DNA from: an uncultured Dehalococcoidia bacterium | Lineage (GTDB): Bacteria > Chloroflexota > Dehalococcoidia > Lucifugimonadales > UBA2962 | Direction of reading: 5' to 3' | Assembly (NCBI GenBank): GCA_964637315.1 | Contig: CAZWTT010000002.1 | Coordinates: forward strand, 129,667-193,666 | DNA length: 64,000 bases | Shown here: positions 18,493-29,845 of the stretch, one piece after another | Numbering within the stretch: position 1 is the first letter of the stretch | Layout of the letters: every line of letters begins with the position of its first letter | Notes under the pieces: generated by a model | Database searches by the model: none | What the model was told of the DNA's origin: nothing | Seen by the model: the letters and a program-made list of their open reading frames with translations, nothing else | Made by a program: the position numbers and the translations under genes

Positions 18493-19269
18493 GTGAAACG
18501 ACTGAAGGGCAAGATCGCACTCATCACCGGCGCGGCTGGTGGCATGGGGGCCGCCGATGCGGTGCTGTTCGCCCGGCAGGGTGCCACCGTCATCCTCACC
18601 GATGTTCAGGACGAGATGGGCGAGGAAACGGCGCGCGGCATCGTCGCCTCCCCTGACACCGCCGGCTCGGGTGGCTCTGCCGTCTACCGTCGCCTGGACG
18701 TGACCAGTGAGCCGGATTGGGTCGAGACCGTGGCCTGGGTTGAGTCGGAGTATGGCCGGATCGACGTTGTGGTCAACAACGCAGGCACCTTCAGCGGCCG
18801 TATGGGCCGGTTGTCCGACCACACCGTGGAGGACTGGAATAGGGTCATCGCCGTAAATGCGACTGGCGTCTTCCTTGGCACCAAGCATGGCGCCAGGTCG
18901 ATGCGTCGCACGGTCGGCGGTTCGATAATCAACGTCTCGTCCGTCTACGGACTGGTGGGAGCGCCCGGAGAGGCGCCGTATCCGGCCTCCAAGGGCGCCG
19001 TCCGTTCCTTCACCAAGGTGGCGGCTGTGCAACTGGCCCCGGACAACATCCGGGTCAACTCGGTGCACCCTGGCTTCATCGAAACCCCCCAGTCGGCCTC
19101 GCTCATGGAAGACCCGGTGGCGCGTGCCAATCTGGTCGAGCGCACCCCCATCGGCCGGATTGGCACTTCCGAGGACGTCGCCTGGGGCGTTCTTTACCTT
19201 GCCAGCGACGAGTCGGCCTATATGACCGGCTCCGAATTCGTCATCGATGGCGGCATAACCGCCCAATGA
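18493..19269 (+). CDS. Short-chain dehydrogenase/reductase (paralog 2, tandem duplicate)
   Basis: Same motifs as paralog 1. The C-terminal half is nearly identical to paralog 1. Confidence 0.85.
   Translation: MKRLKGKIALITGAAGGMGAADAVLFARQGATVILTDVQDEMGEETARGIVASPDTAGSGGSAVYRRLDVTSEPDWVETVAWVESEYGRIDVVVNNAGTFSGRMGRLSDHTVEDWNRVIAVNATGVFLGTKHGARSMRRTVGGSIINVSSVYGLVGAPGEAPYPASKGAVRSFTKVAAVQLAPDNIRVNSVHPGFIETPQSASLMEDPVARANLVERTPIGRIGTSEDVAWGVLYLASDESAYMTGSEFVIDGGITAQ
18916..19079 (+). repeat. Direct repeat copy B (internal segment of SDR paralog 2)
   Basis: Partner of 18115..18278. The perfect 88-nt core is 18944..19031. Confidence 0.9.
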
Positions 19270-19365
19270 GTCCCGCATGGACGATAGGACGGCATCGCCG
19301 CTGGCTCGCGGGTCTTTCGGACGGTCTCACCACTTTTTGTGTGGTCTGTGGTCAGGATTCGTTCG

Positions 19366-20640
19366 CTACGTAGACGGCTCGGGTGGTACCACTGTTCCGG
19401 CGCGCACTTCGTAAACCTTCATTTTGGCTCGGCGTGCGGGGTCGACCACATCCAGTTCGGCGGTCGTGATCAGGCACTGGTCGTAGCCCGCCACCCGGTC
19501 CAGGACCAGTTCCCGGCGCACCGGGTCCATCTCTGACAGCACGTCGTCCAGCAGAATCACGGGCGTCTCGCCCCGTCTCTCCGACAGGTACTCCGCCTCG
19601 GCCAGCTTCAGCGCCAGCACGGCGGACCTCGCCTGTCCCCTGGATGCGTATCGAGCGGCGTCGGCACCGTCGATCAGGATACGCAGGTCGTCGCGGTGCG
19701 GTCCGACCGACGTGTGCCCCTGGGCGGCGTCGCGTCCCTTGCTCTGCATCAGCGCCGCCGCCAGTGCCGTAGCGATGACGTCGGCTACTTCTTCCTCTAT
19801 GCCGGTCGTGTCGGGAATCATGAAGCTGGACCGGTAGTCGATATCGAGTGTCTGTGCCGCGATCGAAAGATCGGCATAAACCGCTGCGGACTGGTCTCGT
19901 AGCCCCTTTATCGCACGGATCCGGGCGGCGACGATGTATCCGCCGTCGTGTGCCACCCGCTTATTCCACGGACCAAGCTCGACAGGGTTCGATCGCCCGT
20001 CCCGTATGGCCCGCAGCAGGTGATTTCGTTGCGTGATCCCCCGCTGGTAGAATTGAAGAGCCCTCAAATAGGCCCGGTCGTGCTGTGATATCAGGATGTC
20101 CAAGTAGCGCCTGCGCACCGATGGCGACCCGTAGATTAAATTCAGGTCTGCGGCCGAGAACAGCACAGCGTTGACTTCCCCGACCAGTTCCCACGCCCTC
20201 CGCGGCGCGCCGTTCACTCTGAGCACCTTCTGGAATGAGACGCCGGTCCAATCGACGTAAGGACTTTCACGCCCGGAGTCTTCAGGTGCAGACCGTTGAG
20301 CGGAATTCGCAGGTTCGGCGGGCCCGAGCAGGTCGATCCGGACCACCACAGGCTCTCCAGACCGGTCCACGGTCGCCGACACGACGGCATGCACCTGCCC
20401 GTCAACTTGTTCCACATCCGCGTCCTCATATGCCGGGCCGAATCCCACCAGTTCGTGCTCGGCCACGACCCTGGGTGACTTGGCCACCGCTAGCAGGTAC
20501 AACGCCTCAAGCAGGTTGCTCTTGCCGTTGCCGTTGGCGCCGTGAAACAGGCTTATGCCGGTGCCCAGGTCGAGTTCCAGTTCAGGGAAGCTGCGAAACC
20601 TCTTGAGACTGAGGTGGGAAAGATGAATCTTCAGGTCCAA
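19366..20640 (-). CDS. recF: DNA replication and repair protein RecF
   Basis: FRSF...LFHGANGNGKSNLLEALYLL (Walker A) and a C-terminal ABC-like signature / Walker B (ILLDDVLSEMD). Confidence 0.9.
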   Translation of the reverse strand: MDLKIHLSHLSLKRFRSFPELELDLGTGISLFHGANGNGKSNLLEALYLLAVAKSPRVVAEHELVGFGPAYEDADVEQVDGQVHAVVSATVDRSGEPVVVRIDLLGPAEPANSAQRSAPEDSGRESPYVDWTGVSFQKVLRVNGAPRRAWELVGEVNAVLFSAADLNLIYGSPSVRRRYLDILISQHDRAYLRALQFYQRGITQRNHLLRAIRDGRSNPVELGPWNKRVAHDGGYIVAARIRAIKGLRDQSAAVYADLSIAAQTLDIDYRSSFMIPDTTGIEEEVADVIATALAAALMQSKGRDAAQGHTSVGPHRDDLRILIDGADAARYASRGQARSAVLALKLAEAEYLSERRGETPVILLDDVLSEMDPVRRELVLDRVAGYDQCLITTAELDVVDPARRAKMKVYEVRAGTVVPPEPST

Positions 20641-20661
20641 TCACCCCGGTGACTCGGGGAT

Positions 20662-23659
<2,998 letters not shown>

Positions 23660-23830
23660 TCTCGACTGCCTTCTTTTGGTGGAGGATGTCGTTGGTATGT
23701 GGGCGCACTGCGGGCCGGGCGCCCACGTCTACAGGGCAGGATATCGCTCACCACGGCATCCGTGCAATTGAAGCCATAGCGCCTGCTCGCCCCATTCACC
23801 AGTTGAGATGTCCGCGGGACCAGTGAGGGT

Positions 23831-23861
23831 TAAAAGCGAGGACCGGGCATCGGCCCGGCCC
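23831..23861 (-). terminator. Intrinsic terminator downstream of gyrB
   Basis: On the minus strand, gggccgggc-cgat-gcccggtcc forms a 9-bp stem with one G.U pair, followed by tcgCTTTTaa. Confidence 0.5.
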
Positions 23862-23911
23862 TCCATCGAGTTCGTTCCAGACCCCGGGTCAACCGGTGTC
23901 TGGTGCGGCGA

Positions 23912-25867
23912 TCAGACGTCCAGGTTCCTGACTTTGAGCGCATTGGTTTCGATGAACTCGCGCCTAGGCTGCACGAGATCACCCATCAGCAGCGTGAAGA
24001 CACGGTCCGCCTCGGCTGCATCGTCCACCGACACCTGCAGAAGCGTCCGGGTTTCCGGGTTCATGGTGGTCTCCCATAGTTGTTCGGCGTTCATTTCGCC
24101 GAGACCCTTGTAGCGCTGTAACCCGACGTTGCGCTTGTTTTTGAGCTGGAGCATTACCCCCTCGCGTTCGCCCTCCGAGTACGCGTAGGCGACCGTCTTG
24201 CCCGACGATAGGCGATACAGGGGAGGCTGCGCTATGTAGAGGTGGCCGTACTCGATGAGCTTGGGCATATGCCTGAAGAAGAACGTCAGCAGCAGCGTGC
24301 GGATATGGGACCCGTCCACGTCGGCGTCGGTCATGATGATGATGCGGTGGTAGCGGAGCCTAGCGACATCTAGGTCCTCGTCCATACCCGCTCCGATTGC
24401 CAAGATCATGGCCCGGATCTCCTCGTGGGCCAGCATCTTGTCCACGCGGGCCTTTTCCACGTTCAGAATCTTGCCCCTAAGCGGCAGAATCGCCTGGGTG
24501 TTGCGGTCCCGGCCCATCTTGGCGGTGCCACCGGCGGAGTCGCCCTCAACCAGGTACAGTTCGCAGTTCTCTGGGTTCTTGTCCGAGCAGTCGGCCAGCT
24601 TGCCGGGCAGCGCGCCGCCGTCCATGGCGTTCTTGCGGATGATCAGGTCCCGCGCCTTGCGTGCAGCCTCGCGAGCCCTCTGGGCGGTTATCGCCTTCTC
24701 GATGATTCGGCGGCCCTCCCTGGGGTGCTCTTCCAGATACGTGGTCAACTCCTCCACTACCGCCCCCTCCACCTGGGATCGGATCTCGGGGTTGCCCAGC
24801 TTGGCCTTGGTCTGACCCTCGAACTGGGGATCGGTGAGTTTGACGCTGACCACGGCCGTCAGGCCCTCTCTCGTGTCGTCTCCTGACAGGTTGGGCTCGT
24901 TTTCCTTGATGATCTTCTGTTTGCGCCCGTAGTCGTTCATGACCCTGGTCAACGCCGACCTGAGACCCGTCAGGTGCGATCCGCCGTCGATGGTGTTGAT
25001 GCAGTTGGCGAATGACAACACCGTCTCGCTGAAGCTCTCGTTGTAGAGCAGCGCGACCTCGACTATGGTCGAGTCCATGCGCTTTTCCAGGTAGATCGGT
25101 TCCGCGTGCAGGGTGGCGCGGCCGTGACCGAGATCGACGACGAATTGGGAGATGCCGCCCTCGTAGAAGAAATCGGCGACCATAGGGCCGTCCAGCAGGT
25201 TCGCGTGCATCTCGGAGGAGAACCGGATGTGCAGTCTGCGATTGAGGTAGGCCATCTCCTTGAACCGCTGGGAAATAGTCTCAAACTCGTATAAGAAGTC
25301 TCCGAATATTTCTGGATCGGGCGTAAACGATACGGTCGTGCCGTGCTCGTCCTCCGAAACGCCGTTGGTGGTCTCCAACTCGGTTACCCGCTTGCCCCTG
25401 GAGAACTCCTGCCTGTACACCTTGCCGTCACGCCTGACTGTCACCAGCAGTTCGACGGAGAGGGCGTTTACGACCGAGGCCCCCACTCCGTGCAGGCCTC
25501 CCGACACGGTGTAGGCTTTACCTCCGAACTTGCCCCCGGCGTGAAGGGTGGTCATCACCGTCTCGACGGCCGAGAGTCCGGTCACGGGGTGGATGTCCGC
25601 CGGTATGCCCCGCCCATCGTCGCCGACGGTGACTCGGCCGTCCCGGTCTATGTGGACGTCGACCTGAGTGGAGAACCCGGCCATGAACTCGTCCACCGAG
25701 TTGTCCACGATCTCGTAAACGAGGTGGTGCAGGCCACGCTGGTCCGTGCTGCCGATGTACATGCCCGGCCGTTTGCGGACCGCCTCCATGCCCTCGAGGA
25801 CCTGAATGTCCCTGGCCGAATACTCGTCTCTGGACCCGCCGTTTCTACGGTTGTTCTTTTTGGTCAT
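23912..25867 (-). CDS. gyrB: DNA gyrase subunit B
   Basis: 651 aa. GHKL ATPase motifs (VYEIVDNSVDE, GLHGVGASVVNALS), Toprim (ELYLVEGDSAGG) and PLRGKILNVEKA. Confidence 0.9.
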   Translation of the reverse strand: MTKKNNRRNGGSRDEYSARDIQVLEGMEAVRKRPGMYIGSTDQRGLHHLVYEIVDNSVDEFMAGFSTQVDVHIDRDGRVTVGDDGRGIPADIHPVTGLSAVETVMTTLHAGGKFGGKAYTVSGGLHGVGASVVNALSVELLVTVRRDGKVYRQEFSRGKRVTELETTNGVSEDEHGTTVSFTPDPEIFGDFLYEFETISQRFKEMAYLNRRLHIRFSSEMHANLLDGPMVADFFYEGGISQFVVDLGHGRATLHAEPIYLEKRMDSTIVEVALLYNESFSETVLSFANCINTIDGGSHLTGLRSALTRVMNDYGRKQKIIKENEPNLSGDDTREGLTAVVSVKLTDPQFEGQTKAKLGNPEIRSQVEGAVVEELTTYLEEHPREGRRIIEKAITAQRAREAARKARDLIIRKNAMDGGALPGKLADCSDKNPENCELYLVEGDSAGGTAKMGRDRNTQAILPLRGKILNVEKARVDKMLAHEEIRAMILAIGAGMDEDLDVARLRYHRIIIMTDADVDGSHIRTLLLTFFFRHMPKLIEYGHLYIAQPPLYRLSSGKTVAYAYSEGEREGVMLQLKNKRNVGLQRYKGLGEMNAEQLWETTMNPETRTLLQVSVDDAAEADRVFTLLMGDLVQPRREFIETNALKVRNLDV

Positions 25868-25987
25868 GCAGTACTCCAGAGTTAAGAACGTTAGTTATAG
25901 CTGAATTTTACCAATTTCTGAGAAATAATTCAAACGGTTTAGGTGGATGCCATCGGGTGGAAACCGTCCGGCCCACCTCGGTGCTCG

Positions 25988-26016
25988 TTGACACGACCCG
26001 TTGCCCAAATTATTAT
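25988..26016 (+). promoter_or_regulatory. Sigma-70-type promoter for the riboswitch/btu operon
   Basis: TTGACA (25988-25993), exactly 17 nt spacer, TATTAT (26011-26016). Lies in the AT-richer gyrB/btu divergent region. Confidence 0.5.
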
Positions 26017-26069
26017 CCGTCCCGTTGGTCTAATGGCCGGCCAGATGGCCTTTTTGGCTAGGTTAACAA

Positions 26070-26302
26070 TCGAAAACGTTGGGATGAGGGTGCCCGTAAG
26101 CTCCGAATGGAGCCAGGGCTTAATTGAGGAAGCCGGTCTGAATCCGGCACTGTCCCGCAGCGGTAGGTCTCGATTGACATCGAGACGAGTCCGATCGACT
26201 GCCCCGTCCCGTGTTAATGACCTTCGAGGTAAAGGTACAGGCACGTCGACCCCGGAAATCGATCCCAGGCCCTGCCCACCACTCGTGGCAGGGCCTTTTT
26301 TG
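26070..26302 (+). promoter_or_regulatory. Cobalamin (B12) riboswitch with terminator expression platform
   Basis: GGTGCC...AATTGAGGAAGCCGGTCTGAATCCGGCACTGTCCCGCAGCGGTAGG core plus a B12-box-like GAGTCCGATCGACTGCC. Followed by a terminator and then B12-type ABC importer genes. Confidence 0.75.
26268..26302 (+). terminator. Riboswitch-controlled intrinsic terminator
   Basis: ggccctgcc...ggcagggcc stem followed by TTTTTTG. Confidence 0.6.
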
Positions 26303-26406
26303 TTGCCGGAGCCAAATAAAGACGACCCCAGTACGAAGGTCCGGGGGTTTTTTGTACCTATGGACACCGCCGCCATGGCGGCCGGGGTGGTAGGAGATTT
26401 AGCGGT

Positions 26407-27348
26407 ATGGAGATTCGCTTGCTAACTGTTTTCGTCGTGCTGGCGGTCGCGGCCGCCTGCACACAGGCTGCCGTCCCCGAACCAGTGCGCACGGCGACCC
26501 CCGATCCCACGGCGACCGTGGCTGCGGTGCCCACGGCGACACCCGAGCCCACCTACGAGCCGGTCACGCTTGTAGACGGGACGGGCCAGGAGTTCCTGGT
26601 TACCGAGCCGCCTGAGAGGATCGTGGCCTACGACTCGGCGGTCGTGGAGATACTCTTCGCTATCGGCGAAGGGCACCGCATCGTCGGCACCCACGACTTC
26701 GTGGAGTACCCGTCGGAGGCGTCTGAAGTCACCCGGGTCGGCAGTGCGTTCGAGATAAATGTGGAGTCGATCCTCGCGTTGGAACCGGACTTGGTCTTCC
26801 TGTTCTCGCCCGGCTTCATGGACGACCTGCAGGGCGCCGGCCTCAGGGTTCTGTTTCTACCCTCGCGCTCCAGCGGCTTCGAGGACACGGCCGACGACAT
26901 CCGGCTCTGGGGCCGCATCGCGGGAAACCCGGAGGCAGCGGAGGTGCTGGCCATCGACTTCGAGACGCGACTGGCGACGATCAAGAGTGCGCTCAAGGAA
27001 GTCGATAGCGGCCCGAGGGCCTTCAGAGACGAGGGCGGGCTGTGGACGCCCGGCCCCGACACACTGATAGGCGAGGTGCTTGAACTCCTCAAGCTCGACA
27101 ACATCGCCGGTGAAGTCAGCGGCTTCGAGCAGATAAGCCCCGAGGTAATCATCGACCGCGACCCGGAGATCATCATCGCCACGGACTTCTCCACCATCGA
27201 CGCCGACGCGGCCTTCTCAGGCGTAACCGCGATAAAAGAGGGTCGCGTGATCCGTATGGAAGGCGAGCCTCTCAGCGTCCCGGGCACCCGTTTCATTCAG
27301 GGCGTCGAGGACCTGGCCCGCCAGATTTACCCGGACCTGTTCCCCTGA
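26407..27348 (+). CDS. btuF: ABC transporter periplasmic/lipoprotein substrate-binding protein (BtuF/FepB cluster-A type)
   Basis: Lipobox LAVAAAC. Class III SBP pattern (RIVAYDSAVVEILFAIGEGHRIVG...LEPDLVF). The symbol is assigned only because of the upstream B12 riboswitch. Confidence 0.75.
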   Translation: MEIRLLTVFVVLAVAAACTQAAVPEPVRTATPDPTATVAAVPTATPEPTYEPVTLVDGTGQEFLVTEPPERIVAYDSAVVEILFAIGEGHRIVGTHDFVEYPSEASEVTRVGSAFEINVESILALEPDLVFLFSPGFMDDLQGAGLRVLFLPSRSSGFEDTADDIRLWGRIAGNPEAAEVLAIDFETRLATIKSALKEVDSGPRAFRDEGGLWTPGPDTLIGEVLELLKLDNIAGEVSGFEQISPEVIIDRDPEIIIATDFSTIDADAAFSGVTAIKEGRVIRMEGEPLSVPGTRFIQGVEDLARQIYPDLFP

Positions 27349-27394
27349 CTGTTCTTGACGCAATGAGACCCACGCAACCGCGAGTAGACGACTC

Positions 27395-28507
27395 TTGAGA
27401 CTGCCCGACCGACTCGGTTCAGTGCAGTTCCTCCCGTCCCGGGCGCAGAGCATCGACGTGACTGCGGACGAAGCCGTCTACGGGTACGCGCGGCGACGGG
27501 TTGTGGTCCGTCTGTCCGTAGGCGCGGTCGCGGTGGTCGTGATCGCCGTCCTGGCTGCGGCCGTGGGAGCGGTCCAAATACCCCTGGATACCACCGTGTC
27601 GATCGCAATCGACCGTCTGCCGGGCGTTTCCGTGGACGGCGACTGGCCGGCAAACTGGGAGACGATCCTGTGGAAACTCAGGTTCCCGCGCATCGTCATG
27701 GCGGGCATCGTCGGCGGCGTGCTGGCGGTGAGCGGTTCGGCCTATCAGGGCCTGTTCCGAAACCCTCTGGCAGACCCGTATCTGGTCGGTGTGGCTTCCG
27801 GTGCGGGTCTGGGGGCGGCCGTCGTCTTCCTCACCGGGTTCTCCCTCTTCGCGGTGGGTGGCGGACTCCTGCCCATTGCGGCGTTCGCCGGGGCTCTCGC
27901 CGCCGTCACCCTGGCGTATCTGGTCGCTCGGCGCTCGGACGGCCTCCCGTTGACGACACTAATACTGGCTGGAGTCGCCGTCACGGCGCTGGCGGGGGCA
28001 GTCACCAGTCTGCTGATGATCCGCAGCGACCCCAGCCTGCGGCCGCTTCTGGCCTGGCTCCTGGGTGGCTTTTCGGGATCGAGGTGGAACCACGCCTGGC
28101 TCATCCTGCCCTATATAGTGCCCGGCGTTATTGTCTTGATCGCCTACGCAAGAGTTCTGAACGTCATGCAACTCGGCGACGACCACGCCCGCTCGGCGGG
28201 TGTGAACGTCGAGCGCACCAAAATAGTGCTGCTGGGCACCGCTTCTCTCCTCACTGCTGCCGCAGTCGCCTTCAGCGGCGTAATCGGCTTCGTGGGCCTC
28301 GTTGCCCCTCACGTGGTGAGACGTCTGTGGGGAGCGGATCACCGGTTCCTGATTCCCATGTCGGCCCTGGTCGGCGCCGGTTTCCTGATACTGGCCGATC
28401 TGGGGGCCAGGACTCTGGCGAACCCGGCGGAGTTGCCGGTTGGGATAATCACGGCGTTCGCCGGCGCGCCGTTCTTTCTCTTTTTGTTAACGAGGCGCTC
28501 CAGGTGA
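27395..28507 (+). CDS. btuC: FecCD-family ABC permease (BtuC-like)
   Basis: 370 aa, about 10 TM. Typical FecCD motifs (RFPRIVMAGIVGGVLAVSG, GVIGFVGLVAPHVVR). Confidence 0.85.
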   Translation: MRLPDRLGSVQFLPSRAQSIDVTADEAVYGYARRRVVVRLSVGAVAVVVIAVLAAAVGAVQIPLDTTVSIAIDRLPGVSVDGDWPANWETILWKLRFPRIVMAGIVGGVLAVSGSAYQGLFRNPLADPYLVGVASGAGLGAAVVFLTGFSLFAVGGGLLPIAAFAGALAAVTLAYLVARRSDGLPLTTLILAGVAVTALAGAVTSLLMIRSDPSLRPLLAWLLGGFSGSRWNHAWLILPYIVPGVIVLIAYARVLNVMQLGDDHARSAGVNVERTKIVLLGTASLLTAAAVAFSGVIGFVGLVAPHVVRRLWGADHRFLIPMSALVGAGFLILADLGARTLANPAELPVGIITAFAGAPFFLFLLTRRSR

Positions 28508-29328
28508 CCAATCAAGACGCATCGACCACCCCGAGGCTCAAGGTGGACGAGGTGCACTTCGATTACGGCGACGCGCCGGTGCTCAGGGGAGTGTCGCTCG
28601 GGGCCGAGCCTGGAGAGCTGGTTGGAGTGTTGGGGCCGAACGGTTGCGGCAAGACGACGCTGTTCAGGCTCATAATCGGCTCTCTCAAGCCCGCCGCCGG
28701 TCGCATCGGCGTCGACGGCGTGGATCTCTTGAGCCTCGGTGCGGGAGAGCGGGCCCGGCGGGTCGCCGCGGTGCCGCAGGACCCGGTGGCCCCGGTCGGC
28801 TTCACGGCGGCCGACCTTGTGATGATGGGGCGTAATCCACACCTTTCTTTGTTGGAGTCTGAGAGTGACGAAGACCGGGCGATCGCCATTACGGCGATGG
28901 AGAGCACGGATATCCTGCAACTGGCGCATCGACCCATCACCAGCCTGTCCGGCGGTGAGCGCCAACGGGTGTTCGTGGCCATGGCCCTGGTGCAGCGGAC
29001 GCCGGTGCTGTTGCTCGACGAACCTACTTCCAACCTCGACCTCTCCGCTCAAGCGACGGTCATGGCCCTAGTGCGGCGGTTATGTCGAGAGCGGAGAGAT
29101 ACGGTGCTGGTGGCCATGCACGACCTGACGTTGGCGGCCCAGTGGTGCGACCGACTGGTCCTCATGGACGTCGGGAGGGTTGTCATGGAAGGCTCGCCCG
29201 ATCAGGTGCTGACGGGACAAACCGTAGCCGCCGTTTACGGGACCGAGGTGGTGATCGTGCACCACCCGCAGAGCGGCGTCCCGGTAGTGCTGCCCAAAGC
29301 AAACGGGGAACACACATTCCCGTCCTAA
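28504..29328 (+). CDS. btuD: ABC transporter ATP-binding protein (BtuD/FecE-like)
   Basis: GTG 28504 overlaps the permease stop (GTGA). Walker [10 protein letters not shown], signature LSGGERQRV and Walker [12 protein letters not shown]. Confidence 0.85.
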   Translation: MTNQDASTTPRLKVDEVHFDYGDAPVLRGVSLGAEPGELVGVLGPNGCGKTTLFRLIIGSLKPAAGRIGVDGVDLLSLGAGERARRVAAVPQDPVAPVGFTAADLVMMGRNPHLSLLESESDEDRAIAITAMESTDILQLAHRPITSLSGGERQRVFVAMALVQRTPVLLLDEPTSNLDLSAQATVMALVRRLCRERRDTVLVAMHDLTLAAQWCDRLVLMDVGRVVMEGSPDQVLTGQTVAAVYGTEVVIVHHPQSGVPVVLPKANGEHTFPS

Positions 29329-29621
29329 TAGCGCAGGGCACTGGGTCGTCGGTGGGCAAGAGCCTGCTGGTGGCGGCCCTGTGCCGGATATTCCGTCAGG
29401 ACGGCCGCTCGGTCGCGCCCTTCAAGGTGCAGAATATGTCCCTGAACTCCGACGTCACCCCCGCAGGACACGAAATCGGCCGGTCGACGCTGTTCCAGGC
29501 CGAGACGGCGGGCGTCCTGCCCTCGGTAGATATGAACCCGATCCTGCTCAAGCAGGAGGCGAATCATCGCTCTCAACCTAGTGTAGGTTCCCGCTCCGTC
29601 CATCGCCTCCGTGGCCGGTGA
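29316..29621 (+). pseudogene. cobQ: Cobyric acid synthase (CobQ/CbiP) N-terminal remnant
   Basis: ...[78 protein letters not shown] matches only the first ~90 residues of CobQ. There is no ATG (ATT at 29316). Similarity decays before the stop at 29621, and the remaining ~400 codons are absent. Confidence 0.55.
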
Positions 29622-29845
29622 TATCCGGCGGTCCGGCATCGAGTCCAGTCAGGTAACGGAGATGACCATGAAGTTTCAGACGCTCCCCGGACGGGCACTC
29701 AGCCGCTTAGCCGCTCCTTGTTTTGTCCCCGTATGGTGGGGTAGAGTACCTGCGCGAAACGGCCCCGCCTAAACGGGGTCGCGACCGGGCTTTTGGCGGA
29801 GCCCAAGACGCTCACCGTCCGAGGCGGTCACTGGAGGAGAACTCG

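Noticed and set aside
23699-23726. 8-bp GC hairpin (gtgggcgc...gcgcccac) and a CCUCC element in the cysteine synthase leader. It could be a riboswitch or attenuator.
   Set aside because: It matches no riboswitch core I know (SAM, T-box and others). It is a single hairpin without an alternative pairing partner or a U-tract.
25868-26030. Possible oriC / DnaA boxes in the AT-rich gyrB-btu intergenic region (TTATCCGTC at 26013-26021, GGTGGATGC near 25942).
   Set aside because: There are only isolated, poor matches to TTATCCACA. There is no cluster, no dnaA/dnaN and no AT-rich 13-mer array. The region is better explained as divergent promoters.
26325-26356. Second hairpin plus T6 run (gaccccagtacgaaggtccgggggtttttt) after the riboswitch terminator. 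It could be a tandem terminator.
   Set aside because: The stem is only 4-5 bp with a long loop, which is too weak to call.
27670-28503. The 552-aa track ORF suggests a much longer ATPase starting inside the permease gene.
   Set aside because: The upstream 278 codons overlap the FecCD permease in another frame and look like GC-rich noise. ABC homology starts at GTG 28504, which overlaps the permease stop.
29662-29772. Small ORF (MTMKFQTLPGRALSRLAAPCFVPVWWGRVPARNGPA) with an adjacent GGAG, between the cobQ stub and the CoxL-like gene.
   Set aside because: It has no recognisable domain and weak codon bias. It lies in what looks like deletion scar DNA, and nothing supports it beyond an SD-like tetramer.
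29723-29845. N-terminal 41-codon extension of the CoxL-like ORF.
   Set aside because: Homology begins at [19 protein letters not shown] (ATG 29846), which has a GGAGGAGA SD. The extension has neither.
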